Positions 38,840 to 48,986 are shown, counted from the first letter of the stretch. The stretch: DNA of 64,000 nt from an uncultured Acidobacteriota bacterium (GCA_963780855.1 CAWADF010000008.1:164189-228188); one strand, 5' to 3'. Program-made: numbers and translations. The notes: generated by a model not told the origin, from the sequence alone.

Positions 38840-39967
38840 ATGGCGAAACGAATGATTTTCATGGTGGCGGCGATGCTGGTGTTCATCTCGGCCCTCGGCG
38901 TTGTCAAGTTCAAGCAGATCCAGACGGCGATCGCGCAGGGCGCCGCGTTCCAGCCTCCACCGGAGGCGGTGACGACCGTGATCGCGAAAGCAGAGCGGTG
39001 GGCGTCGACGCTGACGGCTGTCGGCAGCGTCGCGGCCGTGCAGGGCGTGACCGTCAGTGCGGATCTGCCCGGCACGGTCGATCGCGTGGCGTTCGAATCC
39101 GGTCGAGCCGTCAAAGCGGGCGACATCCTGATCGAGCTCGACACCCGACAGGAGCGCGCGCAGCTCGCGGCCGCCGAGGCCGATCGCGATCTCGCGCGGG
39201 TCAATTTCACCCGCATGGACGACCTGCTGAAGGAGGCCGTCATCTCGACCGCGGAATTCGACAAGGCGTCCAGCGGTCGCAAGCAGACGGAAGCCAAGGT
39301 CGGCGAAATCCAGGCGATGATCGAACGCAAGACGATCCGGGCGCCCTTCAACGGCATCCTCGGGCTTCGTCAGGTGAACCTCGGTCAGTACCTGCACGCG
39401 GGCGACCCGGTCGTCGAGCTGCAGTCGCTCAATCCGATTTACGCGAACTTCGACGTGCCCCAGCAGGACGCCAATCGCATCCGCGTGGGCCGCGGCGTCC
39501 GCGTCACCGCCAAGGACGTTGGCAGCGCGCCGTTCGAAGGCCGCGTGACGGCACTCGATTCGGTCGTGGACCAGCTGACGCGCAACGCCAAGATTCAGGC
39601 GACGCTCGACAACCGGGAGGGGCTGCTCCGGCCCGGGATGTTCGTGAACGTGGACGTCGCGACGGGTGCCGATCAGTCCGTCATCGCGCTGCCGGCCTCG
39701 GCCATCAGCTACGCGCCCTTCGGCGATTCTGTGTTCATCGTGACGGACCTCAAGGGGCCTGACGGCCAGACGTATCGCGGCGTCCGCCAGCAGTTCGTCA
39801 AGTTGGGCGGGACCCGCGGGGATCAGGTGGCCGTGGTCTCCGGCGTCAAGCCGAACGACGAGGTCGTAACGTCGGGGCTCTTCAAGCTGCGCGCTGGCGT
39901 CGCGATCCTCGTCAACAACGCGGTCCAGCCGGCCAACAACCCGAAGCCGAAACCGGAGGAACGCTGA
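38840..39967 (+). CDS. RND efflux periplasmic adaptor (membrane fusion protein, HlyD/AcrA family)
   Basis: Track ORF 38840..39967(+), 375 aa. It has an N-terminal anchor MAKRMIFMVAAMLVFISALGVV and a coiled-coil hairpin ..TRQERAQLAAAEADRDLARVNFTRMDDLL.. The stop overlaps the RND pump start. Confidence 0.9.
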   Translation: MAKRMIFMVAAMLVFISALGVVKFKQIQTAIAQGAAFQPPPEAVTTVIAKAERWASTLTAVGSVAAVQGVTVSADLPGTVDRVAFESGRAVKAGDILIELDTRQERAQLAAAEADRDLARVNFTRMDDLLKEAVISTAEFDKASSGRKQTEAKVGEIQAMIERKTIRAPFNGILGLRQVNLGQYLHAGDPVVELQSLNPIYANFDVPQQDANRIRVGRGVRVTAKDVGSAPFEGRVTALDSVVDQLTRNAKIQATLDNREGLLRPGMFVNVDVATGADQSVIALPASAISYAPFGDSVFIVTDLKGPDGQTYRGVRQQFVKLGGTRGDQVAVVSGVKPNDEVVTSGLFKLRAGVAILVNNAVQPANNPKPKPEER

Positions 39968-42900
39968 TGACTTTCACGGACCTGTTCGTCAAGCGTCCGG
40001 TCCTTGCGACCGTCGTCAATCTGACCATCCTCATCGCGGGGCTGCAGTCGATCCGTGCGCTCAGCGTGCGGCAGTACCCGCGCAGCGACATCGCGGTCGT
40101 CCAGGTGTCGACCGCGTACGTGGGCGCGAACGCGGACCTCGTCCGCGGATTCATCACGACGCCGCTCGAGCGGGTGATCGCGAGTGCCGACGGGATTGAC
40201 TACATCGAGTCGTCCAGCGCGCAGGGCGTGAGCACCATCACCGTGCACCTGCAGCTCAACTACGACACGAACGCGGCGCTGACGCAGATCCAGTCCAAGG
40301 TCGCGCAGGTCCGCAACCAGCTGCCGCCAGAGGCCGAGGCGCCAGTCATCGAGCTGCAGACCGCAGACGACCGCTTTGCGGCGATGTACCTGGGCTTCTC
40401 GGCCGCTGACCTCGATCAGACGCAGATCACCGACTACCTGACGCGGGTCGTGCAGCCGCGACTGAGCGCCGTCAGCGGCGTCCAGCGCGCCGACATCCTG
40501 GGCGATCGCACGTTTGCGATGCGGATCTGGCTCAAGCCGGATCGGATGGCCGCGTACGGCATCTCGCCGTCGGCGGTGTCCGAGGCGCTGGCGAGCAACA
40601 ACTACCTGTCCGCGCTCGGGCGGACGAAGGGCTCGATGGTCTCCGTCAACCTCGTCGCCAACACCAACCTGACGACGCCGAAGGAGTTCGAGCAGCTGGT
40701 CGTCAAGGAGCAGGACGGCGTGGTCGTCCGTCTCGGCGACATCGCCGACGTGGTGCTGGGCGCGGAGAACTACGACCAGGACGTGCGATTCAACGGCGAG
40801 TCGGCGACGTTCATGGGAATCTGGGTGCTGCCGACGGCGAACTCGCTCGACGTGATCTCCCGGGTCCGCGCCGAGCTGCCCGGCATTCAGGCGCAGCTGC
40901 CGGCCGGCATGAAGGTCGGCATTCCCTACGACTCGACGGACTACATCAACGACGCGATCCACGAGGTGCTGCGCACGCTCACCGAGACGCTGCTCATCGT
41001 GATCATCGTCATCTTCCTGTTCCTCGGCTCGGTGCGGTCGGTGATCATCCCGGTCGTCGCGATTCCCGTGTCGCTGGTGGGCGCCGTCTTCCTGATGCTG
41101 ATCGCTGGTTTCACGATCAACCTGCTGACGCTGCTCGCCATCGTGCTCTCGGTGGGACTCGTGGTGGACGACGCCATCGTGATGGTGGAGAACATCGAGC
41201 GGCACCTTCACGCCGGCAAAGCTCCGGTGCGCGCGGCCTTGGACGCGGCCCGCGAGCTGATCGGTCCGATCATCGCGATGACCATCACGCTGGTGGCGGT
41301 GTACGCCCCGATCGGCATTCAGGGCGGCCTCACCGGCGCGCTCTTCCGCGAGTTTGCGTTCACGCTGGCCGGGGCCATCGTCGTCTCCGGGGTCGTGGCG
41401 CTGACGCTCTCGCCGATGCTCGGCGCGCAGCTGCTCCGCGCGAGCGACACCGAGCGGGGCTTCGGCGGGTGGATCAACCGCCGTTTCGACCGCGTGCGCG
41501 AGATCTACGCGCGCGCCCTCGCGGGCACCCTCGAGTACCGGCCGGTGATGATTGCGTTCTGGGTGATCGTCAGCGTGCTGATCGTGCCGTTCTACATGTT
41601 CTCGCAGCGGGAGCTGGCGCCGGCCGAGGACCAGGGCGTTGTCTTCTCAATCGTGCAGTCGGCACCCGACGCGACGATCGATCAGACGAAGCTCTTCGCC
41701 TCGCAGATCCACGATGTCTACCGCGCGATGCCCGAGACGGCCAGCATCTTCCAGCTGATGTCGCCGGCCGGCGGCTTCGGCGGCATGGTCACGAAGCCGT
41801 GGAGCCAGCGCACGAAGACCGCCCAGCAGCTGCTGATGGAGTCGATGGGCCCGCTCTCGAAGATCGCGGGCGTGCGCGTGATTCCGACGACGCCGCCGCC
41901 GTTGCCGGGCGGCGGCGACTTCCCGGTCGACCTGGTGATCCAGTCGGCCGGCGAGCCGCAGCAGCTCAGCGACATCGCCAACCAGCTCGTGGCCAAGGCG
42001 TTCAAGAGCGGCATGTTCATCTACGCCGACGCGGACCTGAAATTCGACCAGCCGCAGACCGAGATCGTCTTCGACCGGGACAAGCTGCGCTCGCAGGGCG
42101 TCGATCTGAGCGAGGCGGGCAAGGACCTGTCGACGCTGCTCGGCGGGGACTACGTCAACCGCTTCAGCATCCAGGGCCGAAGCTACAAGGTCATTCCGCA
42201 GGTGACGCGGGCGGACCGGCTGGCGCCGGATCAGCTCCTGCAGCTCCACGTCACGGGCGCCGACGGCCATCCCGTGCCGCTTTCGACGTTCGCCAGCCTG
42301 AGGACGACGGCCGAGCCGCGCGAGTTGAAGAAGTTCCAGCAGCTCAACGCCGTCCGCATCCAGGGCGTCATTCCGCCGCCCGTGCCGCTCGACCAGGCGC
42401 TTGGTTTTCTCGAGACCGAGGCGAGAAAGATCCTGCCGCAGGGGTTCACGATTGACTACGCGGGCGAGTCGCGCCAGCTCCGCACCGAGGGGAGCCGGTT
42501 CCTCGGCACGTTCCTGCTCTCGGGCATCCTGATCTACCTGGTGCTCGCGGCGCAGTTCGAGAGCTTCCGCGATCCGTTCATCATCCTGGCGGGTTCGGTG
42601 CCGCTGGCGCTGTCGGGCGCGCTGCTGTTCTCGTTTCTCGGCCTGACGTCGCTCAACATCTACAGCGAGGTCGGACTGATCACGCTCGTCGGCCTGGTGT
42701 CGAAGAACGGCATCCTCATCGTCCAGTTCGCCAATCACCTGCAGGAGACGGGCCGCGACAAGCTGAGCGCGGTCATCGACGCCGCCGGCACGCGCCTCCG
42801 CCCGATCCTGATGACGACGGCCGCGACCGTGGCCGGGCACTTCCCGCTGGTGATGGCGTCCGGCCCGGGCGCCGGCGCGCGCAACAGCATCGGCATCGTG

Positions 42901-43041
42901 CTGGTGAGCGGCATGCTCATCGGATCGTTCTTCACGCTGTTCGTCGTGCCGTCGATCTACATGCTCGTCGCGCGGAAGCACGCCGCCGAGCCCCTGGCCG
43001 GCGCCGACGCGCAGCCGGCCCTCAACGAGGTGGTCGCATGA
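39967..43041 (+). CDS. RND-family inner-membrane efflux pump (AcrB/MdtB-like, HAE1)
   Basis: Track ORF 39967..43041(+), 1024 aa, intact. N-terminus is MTFTDLFVKRPVLATVVNLTILIAGLQSIRALSVRQYP. Blocks ..VLSVGLVVDDAIVMVENIERH.. and ..GLITLVGLVSKNGILIVQFANHL.. are present. Confidence 0.95.
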   Translation: MTFTDLFVKRPVLATVVNLTILIAGLQSIRALSVRQYPRSDIAVVQVSTAYVGANADLVRGFITTPLERVIASADGIDYIESSSAQGVSTITVHLQLNYDTNAALTQIQSKVAQVRNQLPPEAEAPVIELQTADDRFAAMYLGFSAADLDQTQITDYLTRVVQPRLSAVSGVQRADILGDRTFAMRIWLKPDRMAAYGISPSAVSEALASNNYLSALGRTKGSMVSVNLVANTNLTTPKEFEQLVVKEQDGVVVRLGDIADVVLGAENYDQDVRFNGESATFMGIWVLPTANSLDVISRVRAELPGIQAQLPAGMKVGIPYDSTDYINDAIHEVLRTLTETLLIVIIVIFLFLGSVRSVIIPVVAIPVSLVGAVFLMLIAGFTINLLTLLAIVLSVGLVVDDAIVMVENIERHLHAGKAPVRAALDAARELIGPIIAMTITLVAVYAPIGIQGGLTGALFREFAFTLAGAIVVSGVVALTLSPMLGAQLLRASDTERGFGGWINRRFDRVREIYARALAGTLEYRPVMIAFWVIVSVLIVPFYMFSQRELAPAEDQGVVFSIVQSAPDATIDQTKLFASQIHDVYRAMPETASIFQLMSPAGGFGGMVTKPWSQRTKTAQQLLMESMGPLSKIAGVRVIPTTPPPLPGGGDFPVDLVIQSAGEPQQLSDIANQLVAKAFKSGMFIYADADLKFDQPQTEIVFDRDKLRSQGVDLSEAGKDLSTLLGGDYVNRFSIQGRSYKVIPQVTRADRLAPDQLLQLHVTGADGHPVPLSTFASLRTTAEPRELKKFQQLNAVRIQGVIPPPVPLDQALGFLETEARKILPQGFTIDYAGESRQLRTEGSRFLGTFLLSGILIYLVLAAQFESFRDPFIILAGSVPLALSGALLFSFLGLTSLNIYSEVGLITLVGLVSKNGILIVQFANHLQETGRDKLSAVIDAAGTRLRPILMTTAATVAGHFPLVMASGPGAGARNSIGIVLVSGMLIGSFFTLFVVPSIYMLVARKHAAEPLAGADAQPALNEVVA

Positions 43042-44693
43042 ATCCCGTTCGTTTCGTCCGTACGGCCGCGCCGGCCCTGGCCGGCCTGATCCTGGCCGCC
43101 GCTGCGTCCGCGCAGACGCCTCCACCGTCCGCTCCCGCGCCGCCGCCCTCTGGCGAGCTGAAGCTGACGCTCGACGACGCGGTGCGGCGGGCGGTCGATC
43201 ACAATCCGGACCTCGCGGTGGTCCGGCTCGGCACCGACGTCGAAGCCGCGCGGGTGGCCGAGTCGCAGAGCGCCTACACGCCGACCTTCGACACGCGCTT
43301 CGGCCGGTCGACGAGCGCCGCGGCCCCGTCGAGCTTCCTGCCCGGCGGCGCCGCCATCGACACGCAGGACTGGTTTTCGTCCGCGGGCCTCACGCAGCGC
43401 CTGCGCTGGGGCGGCGGCACGTGGAGCGCGTCCTGGGACGCAGCGCGGTCGTCCACCAACAGCCCGTTTACGGCATTCGATCCGTCGATCCAGTCCGGCC
43501 TGCAGGTGGCCTTCTCGCAGCCGCTGCTCAAGGATCGCGCCATCGACACCGCGCGGGTGCAGTACGTCATCGCGAAGCGTGATCTCCAGAGCTCGGAGCT
43601 TCGCTTCCGTCAGTCGGTCGTGCAGACGGTGGCGGCGGTCAAGCAGGCGTACTGGACGTTCAAGGCGCTCACCGCCAACGTGGCCGTCCAGCAGCGCTCG
43701 CTCGATCTGGCGCGCGATCTCGTGCGCCAGAATGAAGCCCGCGTGCGCGTGGGTGACGCGCCGCCGCTCGACCTCGTGCAGGCCCAGGCGGAAGTCGCCA
43801 ACCGGCGCGAGAACGTCATCCGCGCGCAGGCGGCCGCACGTGACGCCGAGGACCAGCTGCGACGGCTCATCATCGATCCGTCCGAGACGGCGTTCTGGCA
43901 GGTCCACCTGGATCCAGTTGACGAGCCGGTCGGCGACAACGCGCCTATCGACGTCGACCAGGCGATTGCCGGAGCGCTCGGCGCGCGGTACGATCTCTCA
44001 CTCGCGCACCAGGAACTGAGCAACGCCGAAACCAACATCCGGTACTACGACAACCAGAAGCTGCCCGATCTCCGCGTCCAGGCATCGTATCGAGGCGGCG
44101 GCTTCGGCGGGACGGAGCTGGTCCGCACCGGCGGGTTCCCGGGCGCCGTGACCGGGACGCTGGACACCGGCTTTGGCAACGTGCTCGGCCAGCTCTTCAG
44201 CCAGGACTTTCCGACCTGGAGCGTCGGCGTGTCGGTGAGCTACCCCCTCGGGCAGAGCTTCGAGCAGGCGAACCTCGCGCGCGCCCGCGTGGAGCGCGAG
44301 CAGACCGCGCGCAGCATCGAGAGCCTGAAGCTGCAGATCGTTCAGGACATCCGCCAGGCGGCGCGGCAGGTGCAGAGCACGGCGGAACGCATCGATGCCG
44401 CGCGGGCGAGTCAGGACCTGGCGGAGCAGCGCGTGACGGTGGAGACCAAACGCTTCGAGGCCGGTCTGTCGACGACGTTCCTCGTCACGCAGGCACAACG
44501 GGATCTCGCGCAGGCCCAGGTGGATCTCCTGAGGGCGCTCCTCGATCACCAGTCCGCGCTCGTGTTATTCGAGGCCGTGCAGCTGGCGGCCACGCCGGGC
44601 AGCGGGACCGTCGGTGTCAGCCGCGCCGACATCGTCGTGCTACCGCCCTCGACCCCGCAGGGCATCTTCAAACAGGGCGGCGGCGTGGAGTAG
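43038..44693 (+). CDS. Outer-membrane efflux protein (TolC/OMF family)
   Basis: Track ORF 43038..44693(+), 551 aa. The ATG overlaps the pump stop (ATGA). It has a signal peptide and two internally repeated OEP halves (..LTLDDAVRRAVDHNPDLAV.. and ..IDVDQAIAGALGARYDLSLA..). Confidence 0.9.
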   Translation: MNPVRFVRTAAPALAGLILAAAASAQTPPPSAPAPPPSGELKLTLDDAVRRAVDHNPDLAVVRLGTDVEAARVAESQSAYTPTFDTRFGRSTSAAAPSSFLPGGAAIDTQDWFSSAGLTQRLRWGGGTWSASWDAARSSTNSPFTAFDPSIQSGLQVAFSQPLLKDRAIDTARVQYVIAKRDLQSSELRFRQSVVQTVAAVKQAYWTFKALTANVAVQQRSLDLARDLVRQNEARVRVGDAPPLDLVQAQAEVANRRENVIRAQAAARDAEDQLRRLIIDPSETAFWQVHLDPVDEPVGDNAPIDVDQAIAGALGARYDLSLAHQELSNAETNIRYYDNQKLPDLRVQASYRGGGFGGTELVRTGGFPGAVTGTLDTGFGNVLGQLFSQDFPTWSVGVSVSYPLGQSFEQANLARARVEREQTARSIESLKLQIVQDIRQAARQVQSTAERIDAARASQDLAEQRVTVETKRFEAGLSTTFLVTQAQRDLAQAQVDLLRALLDHQSALVLFEAVQLAATPGSGTVGVSRADIVVLPPSTPQGIFKQGGGVE

Positions 44694-44710
44694 CGCGCGT
44701 GCGGGAGAGC

Positions 44711-47353
44711 CTAGACGCGCGGCCGCTCGATGCCGAGCTTGGCCATCTTCGACTGCAGCGTGGTGCGCTTCATGCCAAGCCTGGCCGCCGCGCCGGCCGA
44801 CCCGCCGACGACCCAGTTGGCCTGTTGGAGCGCACGCCGGATGTGATCGCGCTCGGCTTCCTCGAGCGTCGTCGCCGCCCGGGCGACCGGGCCGGGTGCT
44901 GGCGCCGCGGGCACGAAGCGCTCGAGCTCGGCGAGCGGGGCGTCGAGATTCGATCCCCTCGAGAGAATGACGGCGCGTTCGACGAAGTTCTCGAGCTCGC
45001 GAATGTTCCCCGGCCACGGGTAGCGCGACAAGATCGCCATCGTCTCCGTGGGAATCGTCGTGATGTTCTTGTTCATCCGGCGCGCGAACTTCTGCGTGAA
45101 GTGCTGCACCAGCTGCGGGATGTCTTCGCGCCGCTCGCGGAGCGGCGGGCTGACGATCGGGAACACGTTCAGCCGGTAGAAGAGGTCGCTGCGGAACTCC
45201 TTGCTGGCGACCATCGCCGTCAGGTCGCGGTTGGTCGCGGCGACGAGCCGGACGTCGACCTTGATGGTGCGCGTGCCGCCGAGCCGCTCGAATTCCTGCT
45301 CCTGGAGCACGCGCAGGAACTTCGACTGCAGCTCGAGCGGGATGTCGCCGACTTCGTCGAGGAACAGCGTGCCGCCCTGGGCGAGCTCGAAGCGTCCGAC
45401 CTTCTGGGCAATGGCCCCGGTGAACGCGCCTTTCTCGTGGCCGAACAGCTCGCTCTCGAGCAGGCCGGTGGGGATGGCGGCGCAGTTGAGCTTCACGAAC
45501 GTCCGATCCCGCCGTCCGCTCAGGTTGTGGATGGCCCGGGCGATCAGCTCCTTGCCGGTGCCGGTCTCGCCCTGAATGAGCACGGTCGAGTCGGTGGGCG
45601 CCACGATCTCGATCTGCTGCAGCGCCTGCCGCAGCGGCGCGCTCTCGCCGACAATCGCCTCGAAGTTGTAGGTCGTCCGGATCTCCTCCTCGAGGTACAG
45701 CTTCTCCTTGCTCAGCTTCTCCTTGAGCTCCGCGATTTGCCGGTAGGCCACGCCGTTCTCGACCGCAATCGCCACTTGCTGCGCGACCTGGCCGAGCAGC
45801 TCGACCTCGTCCGGGGTGAAGGCGGCGTCGCGGAAGCGGCCCGTGTTGAGCGAGCCGAGCATGCGATTGTGCGACTGAAGCGGGACCGAGCAAAAGGTCC
45901 GGACCCCCTTGTCGAGCAGACGGCGCGCCATTTCCGAGCACTCCGCCATCTCCCGCAGGTCGCGCTCGCGCAGCACCTGGGGCTCGTGGTGCATGAGCGT
46001 GTAGCCTGCCGGGCAGTTGGGCGGCGACTCGGCCAACCCCTCCTCGAAGAACCGGCCGCCGTCCGAGAGCAGCACGTGGATCCGGTACTGACGCGTCTCC
46101 GGGTCGTACAACAGCAGACTGCAGCCGTCGTGCTGGATCACCCGGGCCAGGCTCGCACTGATGGCGACGAACATCTCGTCCATGCCCAGGTGCGAAACGA
46201 CCGCGTTGTTGACCTCGAGCACCAGCCGCAGTCGATCGCGCTCGCGCTCCAGCTGTGTCTGCGCCGTCTTTGCGCTGCTGTCGTGGAGCACATTGTCCAC
46301 CGCGACCGCGACCTGGCTCGCCACGTGCGTCATGAAGACCAGGTCGTCCTGTCTGTAGGCCCTCGGCTGGAGGCTGCCAAACGCCATGGCGCCCAGTCGC
46401 CGCAGCGACGTCGTGATCGGCACCGCGCAGTACGACCGCACCCCCTCGGCGCGCAGGGCGGATGTGAGGCGGGGGAACCGCTGTTCGTCGTTCAGGTCGT
46501 CAATCATCAGCGCCTGCTGCGTCTGCATCACCAGGGCCGCCGGCGAGTCGTCCATCGTCGTTTCGAAGCCTGGCTTGATCGTCGTGGGTACGTCGGTGGC
46601 GAGCGCCTCGAGGCGCATCACGTCGCGCTCGGGATCGTGCAGCACGAGGTTGATGAAGTCGAAGGGCACAACCCGGGGGAGCCGCCGGCTCAGGACCTGA
46701 AAGAGCTCCGCCAGGTCCCGGTACGACGCGATCGATTCCGACACTCCCAACAGCAGGCGCAGCCGGTCGCGCTCGCACCCGAGCTGCGCGCGCGCCGCGC
46801 GGTCGCTCTCTTCGTGCAGGACGTTGTCCACCGCGACTGCGACCTGCTTCGCGACCAGGCCGAGAAAATCCATCTCCTCGTCGCCAAACCCGTACGACCG
46901 GAGGCTCCCGAACGCAATCGCGCCCAGCGGGCGAACGACGGTCGTCAGCGGGACGACGCAGAACGACGCGACGCCGATGTCGTCGATGAGCGCCCGGCTG
47001 TGCGGGTAGCGCGTGGCCTCTTCCGGCCGGGCCACCACAATCGGCCGCTGGGTGCGGAACACCTCGCCGCTGTACGACTGTTCGACGTCGAACTCCAGCC
47101 CGGCCGGCACGCGCTCGGCCTCCGCGGTGCCGAGCATGTGCAGGCGCATGACGTGCTTTCCCGGATCGTGGAGGAAGAGCGCGATCACCTCGAACGGCAC
47201 GATGGCCGGCAGCCGCCGGGCGAGGTCGCGGAACAGGTCCGTCAGATTGCCGTGAGAAGCGACGGCGTCACACACCTCGAGCAGCAGGCGCAGTTGGTCG
47301 CGCGTACGCACCGTGTCCTGACGATCCCGAGGATTGAAGGTAAGGACAGACAT
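44711..47353 (-). CDS. Sigma-54-dependent transcriptional activator with three tandem GAF domains (FhlA-like architecture: GAF-GAF-GAF-AAA+-HTH)
   Basis: In-frame ATG 47353 within track ORF 44711..47425(-), RBS AAGAGGA. Each of the three sensory repeats opens with RD(Q/R)LRLLLEV-type helices and closes with [11 protein letters not shown] / [11 protein letters not shown] / [12 protein letters not shown]. The AAA+ core has [21 protein letters not shown] and LFLDEVGD. The C-terminal Fis-type HTH is [17 protein letters not shown]. Confidence 0.9.
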   Translation of the reverse strand: MSVLTFNPRDRQDTVRTRDQLRLLLEVCDAVASHGNLTDLFRDLARRLPAIVPFEVIALFLHDPGKHVMRLHMLGTAEAERVPAGLEFDVEQSYSGEVFRTQRPIVVARPEEATRYPHSRALIDDIGVASFCVVPLTTVVRPLGAIAFGSLRSYGFGDEEMDFLGLVAKQVAVAVDNVLHEESDRAARAQLGCERDRLRLLLGVSESIASYRDLAELFQVLSRRLPRVVPFDFINLVLHDPERDVMRLEALATDVPTTIKPGFETTMDDSPAALVMQTQQALMIDDLNDEQRFPRLTSALRAEGVRSYCAVPITTSLRRLGAMAFGSLQPRAYRQDDLVFMTHVASQVAVAVDNVLHDSSAKTAQTQLERERDRLRLVLEVNNAVVSHLGMDEMFVAISASLARVIQHDGCSLLLYDPETRQYRIHVLLSDGGRFFEEGLAESPPNCPAGYTLMHHEPQVLRERDLREMAECSEMARRLLDKGVRTFCSVPLQSHNRMLGSLNTGRFRDAAFTPDEVELLGQVAQQVAIAVENGVAYRQIAELKEKLSKEKLYLEEEIRTTYNFEAIVGESAPLRQALQQIEIVAPTDSTVLIQGETGTGKELIARAIHNLSGRRDRTFVKLNCAAIPTGLLESELFGHEKGAFTGAIAQKVGRFELAQGGTLFLDEVGDIPLELQSKFLRVLQEQEFERLGGTRTIKVDVRLVAATNRDLTAMVASKEFRSDLFYRLNVFPIVSPPLRERREDIPQLVQHFTQKFARRMNKNITTIPTETMAILSRYPWPGNIRELENFVERAVILSRGSNLDAPLAELERFVPAAPAPGPVARAATTLEEAERDHIRRALQQANWVVGGSAGAAARLGMKRTTLQSKMAKLGIERPRV

Positions 47354-47395
47354 CTCGTCCTCTTGAGTTGACCTGGGGAACCGGGCGAAACACCC

Positions 47396-47425
47396 ATGAT
47401 ACGGCGCGGTTTCTCCCGGGCGCAA
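47396..47425 (-). promoter_or_regulatory. Candidate sigma-70-type promoter of the activator gene (TTGCGC-18 nt-TATCAT)
   Basis: The minus strand reads ttgcgc (47425-47420), an 18-nt spacer, then tatcat (47401-47396). This lies about 40 nt upstream of the RBS/ATG at 47353. Confidence 0.3.
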
Positions 47426-47562
47426 GCGCGTCTCGAGGATCGGACGGATTTCCGGGCGATTCGTTCACCAAATCGGCGAATTGCCCGACGGACCCGGCGA
47501 GCGGGCCCGTGGGGCCGCGAAGGGGCAACCACCGACAGGCGGTGGCTGACGAACATGAGGCG

Positions 47563-47597
47563 GACGCGCGGACCGTCCCGCGGACGGCCCGCGCGTC
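47563..47597 (-). terminator. GC-rich hairpin 24 nt downstream of the PEP-CTERM gene (no U tract)
   Basis: gacgcgcgg-a-ccgtcc-cgc-ggacgg-c-ccgcgcgtc has 9+6 paired positions around a 3-nt loop with one symmetric mismatch. No T run follows on the minus strand, so its terminator function is uncertain. Confidence 0.35.
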
Positions 47598-47620
47598 GCT
47601 CCGGTAGAGGCCGAGATCGG

Positions 47621-48364
47621 TCAGCCGCGCGTGCGGCGAAGGCCCCTGGCGAGAACGAGCAGGCCGGATCCCATCAGGACCATGGTGGTCGGCTCGGGCA
47701 CCGCGGCGACGCCCGGCGTGACGACCTCCAACTGATTCGTATTGCCGCCGGCCGTGCCGACCGGCTCGCCCGCCAGCGGCATCGACAGGCCGGCGAACGA
47801 CAGGAACAGGCTCTGGTCGTCTCCGCCCAGCGAGTTCGGGTTGACGCCAAATGCGGCCGCGAGCACCGGGTTGAACGTGCCCGGCGCGAGCGTGCCCGTG
47901 AGGCTGCCCGTGCACTGCGCGGGCGTCGTGACGCAGTCGTCGTCGAACTGCAGGATGACGTTGGCCGTCGGATCGAACGAGCCGCTGAAGAGGACGGTGT
48001 TGTCCGGCAGCGAGAGCGAAGCGATGCCGCCGGTCACCGTGACGGATCCGCCGCCGTTGTAGGCGAAGTCGTTGGCTGTGGTCGCGAGCACCGGCCCGAG
48101 GAACGTCCCGGTCGTCAGGTTCAGGCAGCCGAACGTTCCCGCGGTACCGCACGTGCCCGTGACATTGAAGCCAAACAGCGGGACGTCGTGCGCGACCGCA
48201 TCGACGACGCCGTTGTTCAGCGACACCGTCGTGCCGATGGAGAACGAGCCGTCGGGATGAAGGCTGCTGTTGTCGAACGTGATGGTGTCCGCGGTGGCGG
48301 CCGTAACGCCGATCGTGAGCCCGAGGCCCACTGCCAGAGGTATGCGTATCAACGAGCGCATCAT
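47621..48364 (-). CDS. PEP-CTERM sorting-signal protein (secreted, exosortase substrate type)
   Basis: Track ORF 47621..48364(-), 247 aa. Signal is MMRSLIRIPLAVGLGLTIGVTAATA. The body is Gly/Thr/Asn-rich. The C-terminus VPEPTTMVLMGSGLLVLARGLRRTRG shows PEP motif + TM + basic tail. RBS is GAAGGAG. Confidence 0.9.
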   Translation of the reverse strand: MMRSLIRIPLAVGLGLTIGVTAATADTITFDNSSLHPDGSFSIGTTVSLNNGVVDAVAHDVPLFGFNVTGTCGTAGTFGCLNLTTGTFLGPVLATTANDFAYNGGGSVTVTGGIASLSLPDNTVLFSGSFDPTANVILQFDDDCVTTPAQCTGSLTGTLAPGTFNPVLAAAFGVNPNSLGGDDQSLFLSFAGLSMPLAGEPVGTAGGNTNQLEVVTPGVAAVPEPTTMVLMGSGLLVLARGLRRTRG

Positions 48365-48426
48365 GAAGCTCCTTCTCTTGATGGACGCGGCGCGGGGGAG
48401 ATCGTCCGGGGTCTGTGTTCAGCTTG

Positions 48427-48442
48427 TTGCAATGGACTTGCC
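48427..48442 (-). promoter_or_regulatory. Sigma-54 promoter (-24 TGGCAA / -12 TTGCA) of the PEP-CTERM gene
   Basis: The minus strand reads TGGCAAGTCCATTGCA. GG and GC are in the exact spacing of consensus TGGCAC-N5-TTGCW. The GC lies 64 nt upstream of ATG 48364, leaving a ~52-nt leader that contains the RBS. Confidence 0.75.
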
Positions 48443-48624
48443 ACCATGCGTGGAGTCGATCGACCTCAAGATCGTCGGGCGCGTCGTCTCGGTGTGATCG
48501 CGTCCTGCAAAGATTGAGCAGCCGGACGCCGTGAATGTGCGCTCCGCGTCGCTCGGCCCAAGGGCGGACGCGCACGGATGGCGCCGACGTGTCCGCACTA
48601 GGTCGTACGAGCGAGCGCCTGTGG

Positions 48625-48864
48625 CTACGACTCAAACTTCCTGGTCTCGATTGCCGGCGTCAGTCGTCCCGCCGTCGTCGACGGATCGCTGCCGTGACGT
48701 TGTGGGGACCGAACGCAACGACACGCGAGTTCGTCGGTGATGTCGATTTCGATCGCGTAGGAGAGCGCGCCTTCGTCGAAGATCGACGCGAGCAGCGTGA
48801 CGATGAAGGGGGCGAGGGCCGCTTCGTCCTCGTCCGAGAGGCTCGTGGTGCAGTGAATCAGCAT
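48625..48864 (-). CDS. Hypothetical small ORF (79 aa) or gene remnant
   Basis: Track ORF 48625..48864(-). The first ~45 codons (MLIHCTTSLSDEDEAALAPFIVTLLASIFDEGALSYAIEIDITDE) have G/C at almost every third position, like local genes. The remainder does not. No family was recognised and no clear RBS was seen. Confidence 0.25.
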   Translation of the reverse strand: MLIHCTTSLSDEDEAALAPFIVTLLASIFDEGALSYAIEIDITDELACRCVRSPQRHGSDPSTTAGRLTPAIETRKFES

Positions 48865-48986
48865 TCATGGAGATCTCGCAAGTTGCGTTCCAGCAGAAAC
48901 GACGATGCGTGCGGCCTAGGGCCGACGGGCGTGCGGCGATTGAGGGTGCGTTCTCTTTTCCGTGCGTCCCAGGTACACTCGCCCGC

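Noticed and set aside
48868-48886. TGG...TTGC-like string tggagatctcgcaagttgc on the + strand upstream of the ThDP-decarboxylase operon.
   Set aside because: The GG-to-GC spacing is wrong for a -24/-12 promoter: GC falls at position 18-19 rather than 14-15.
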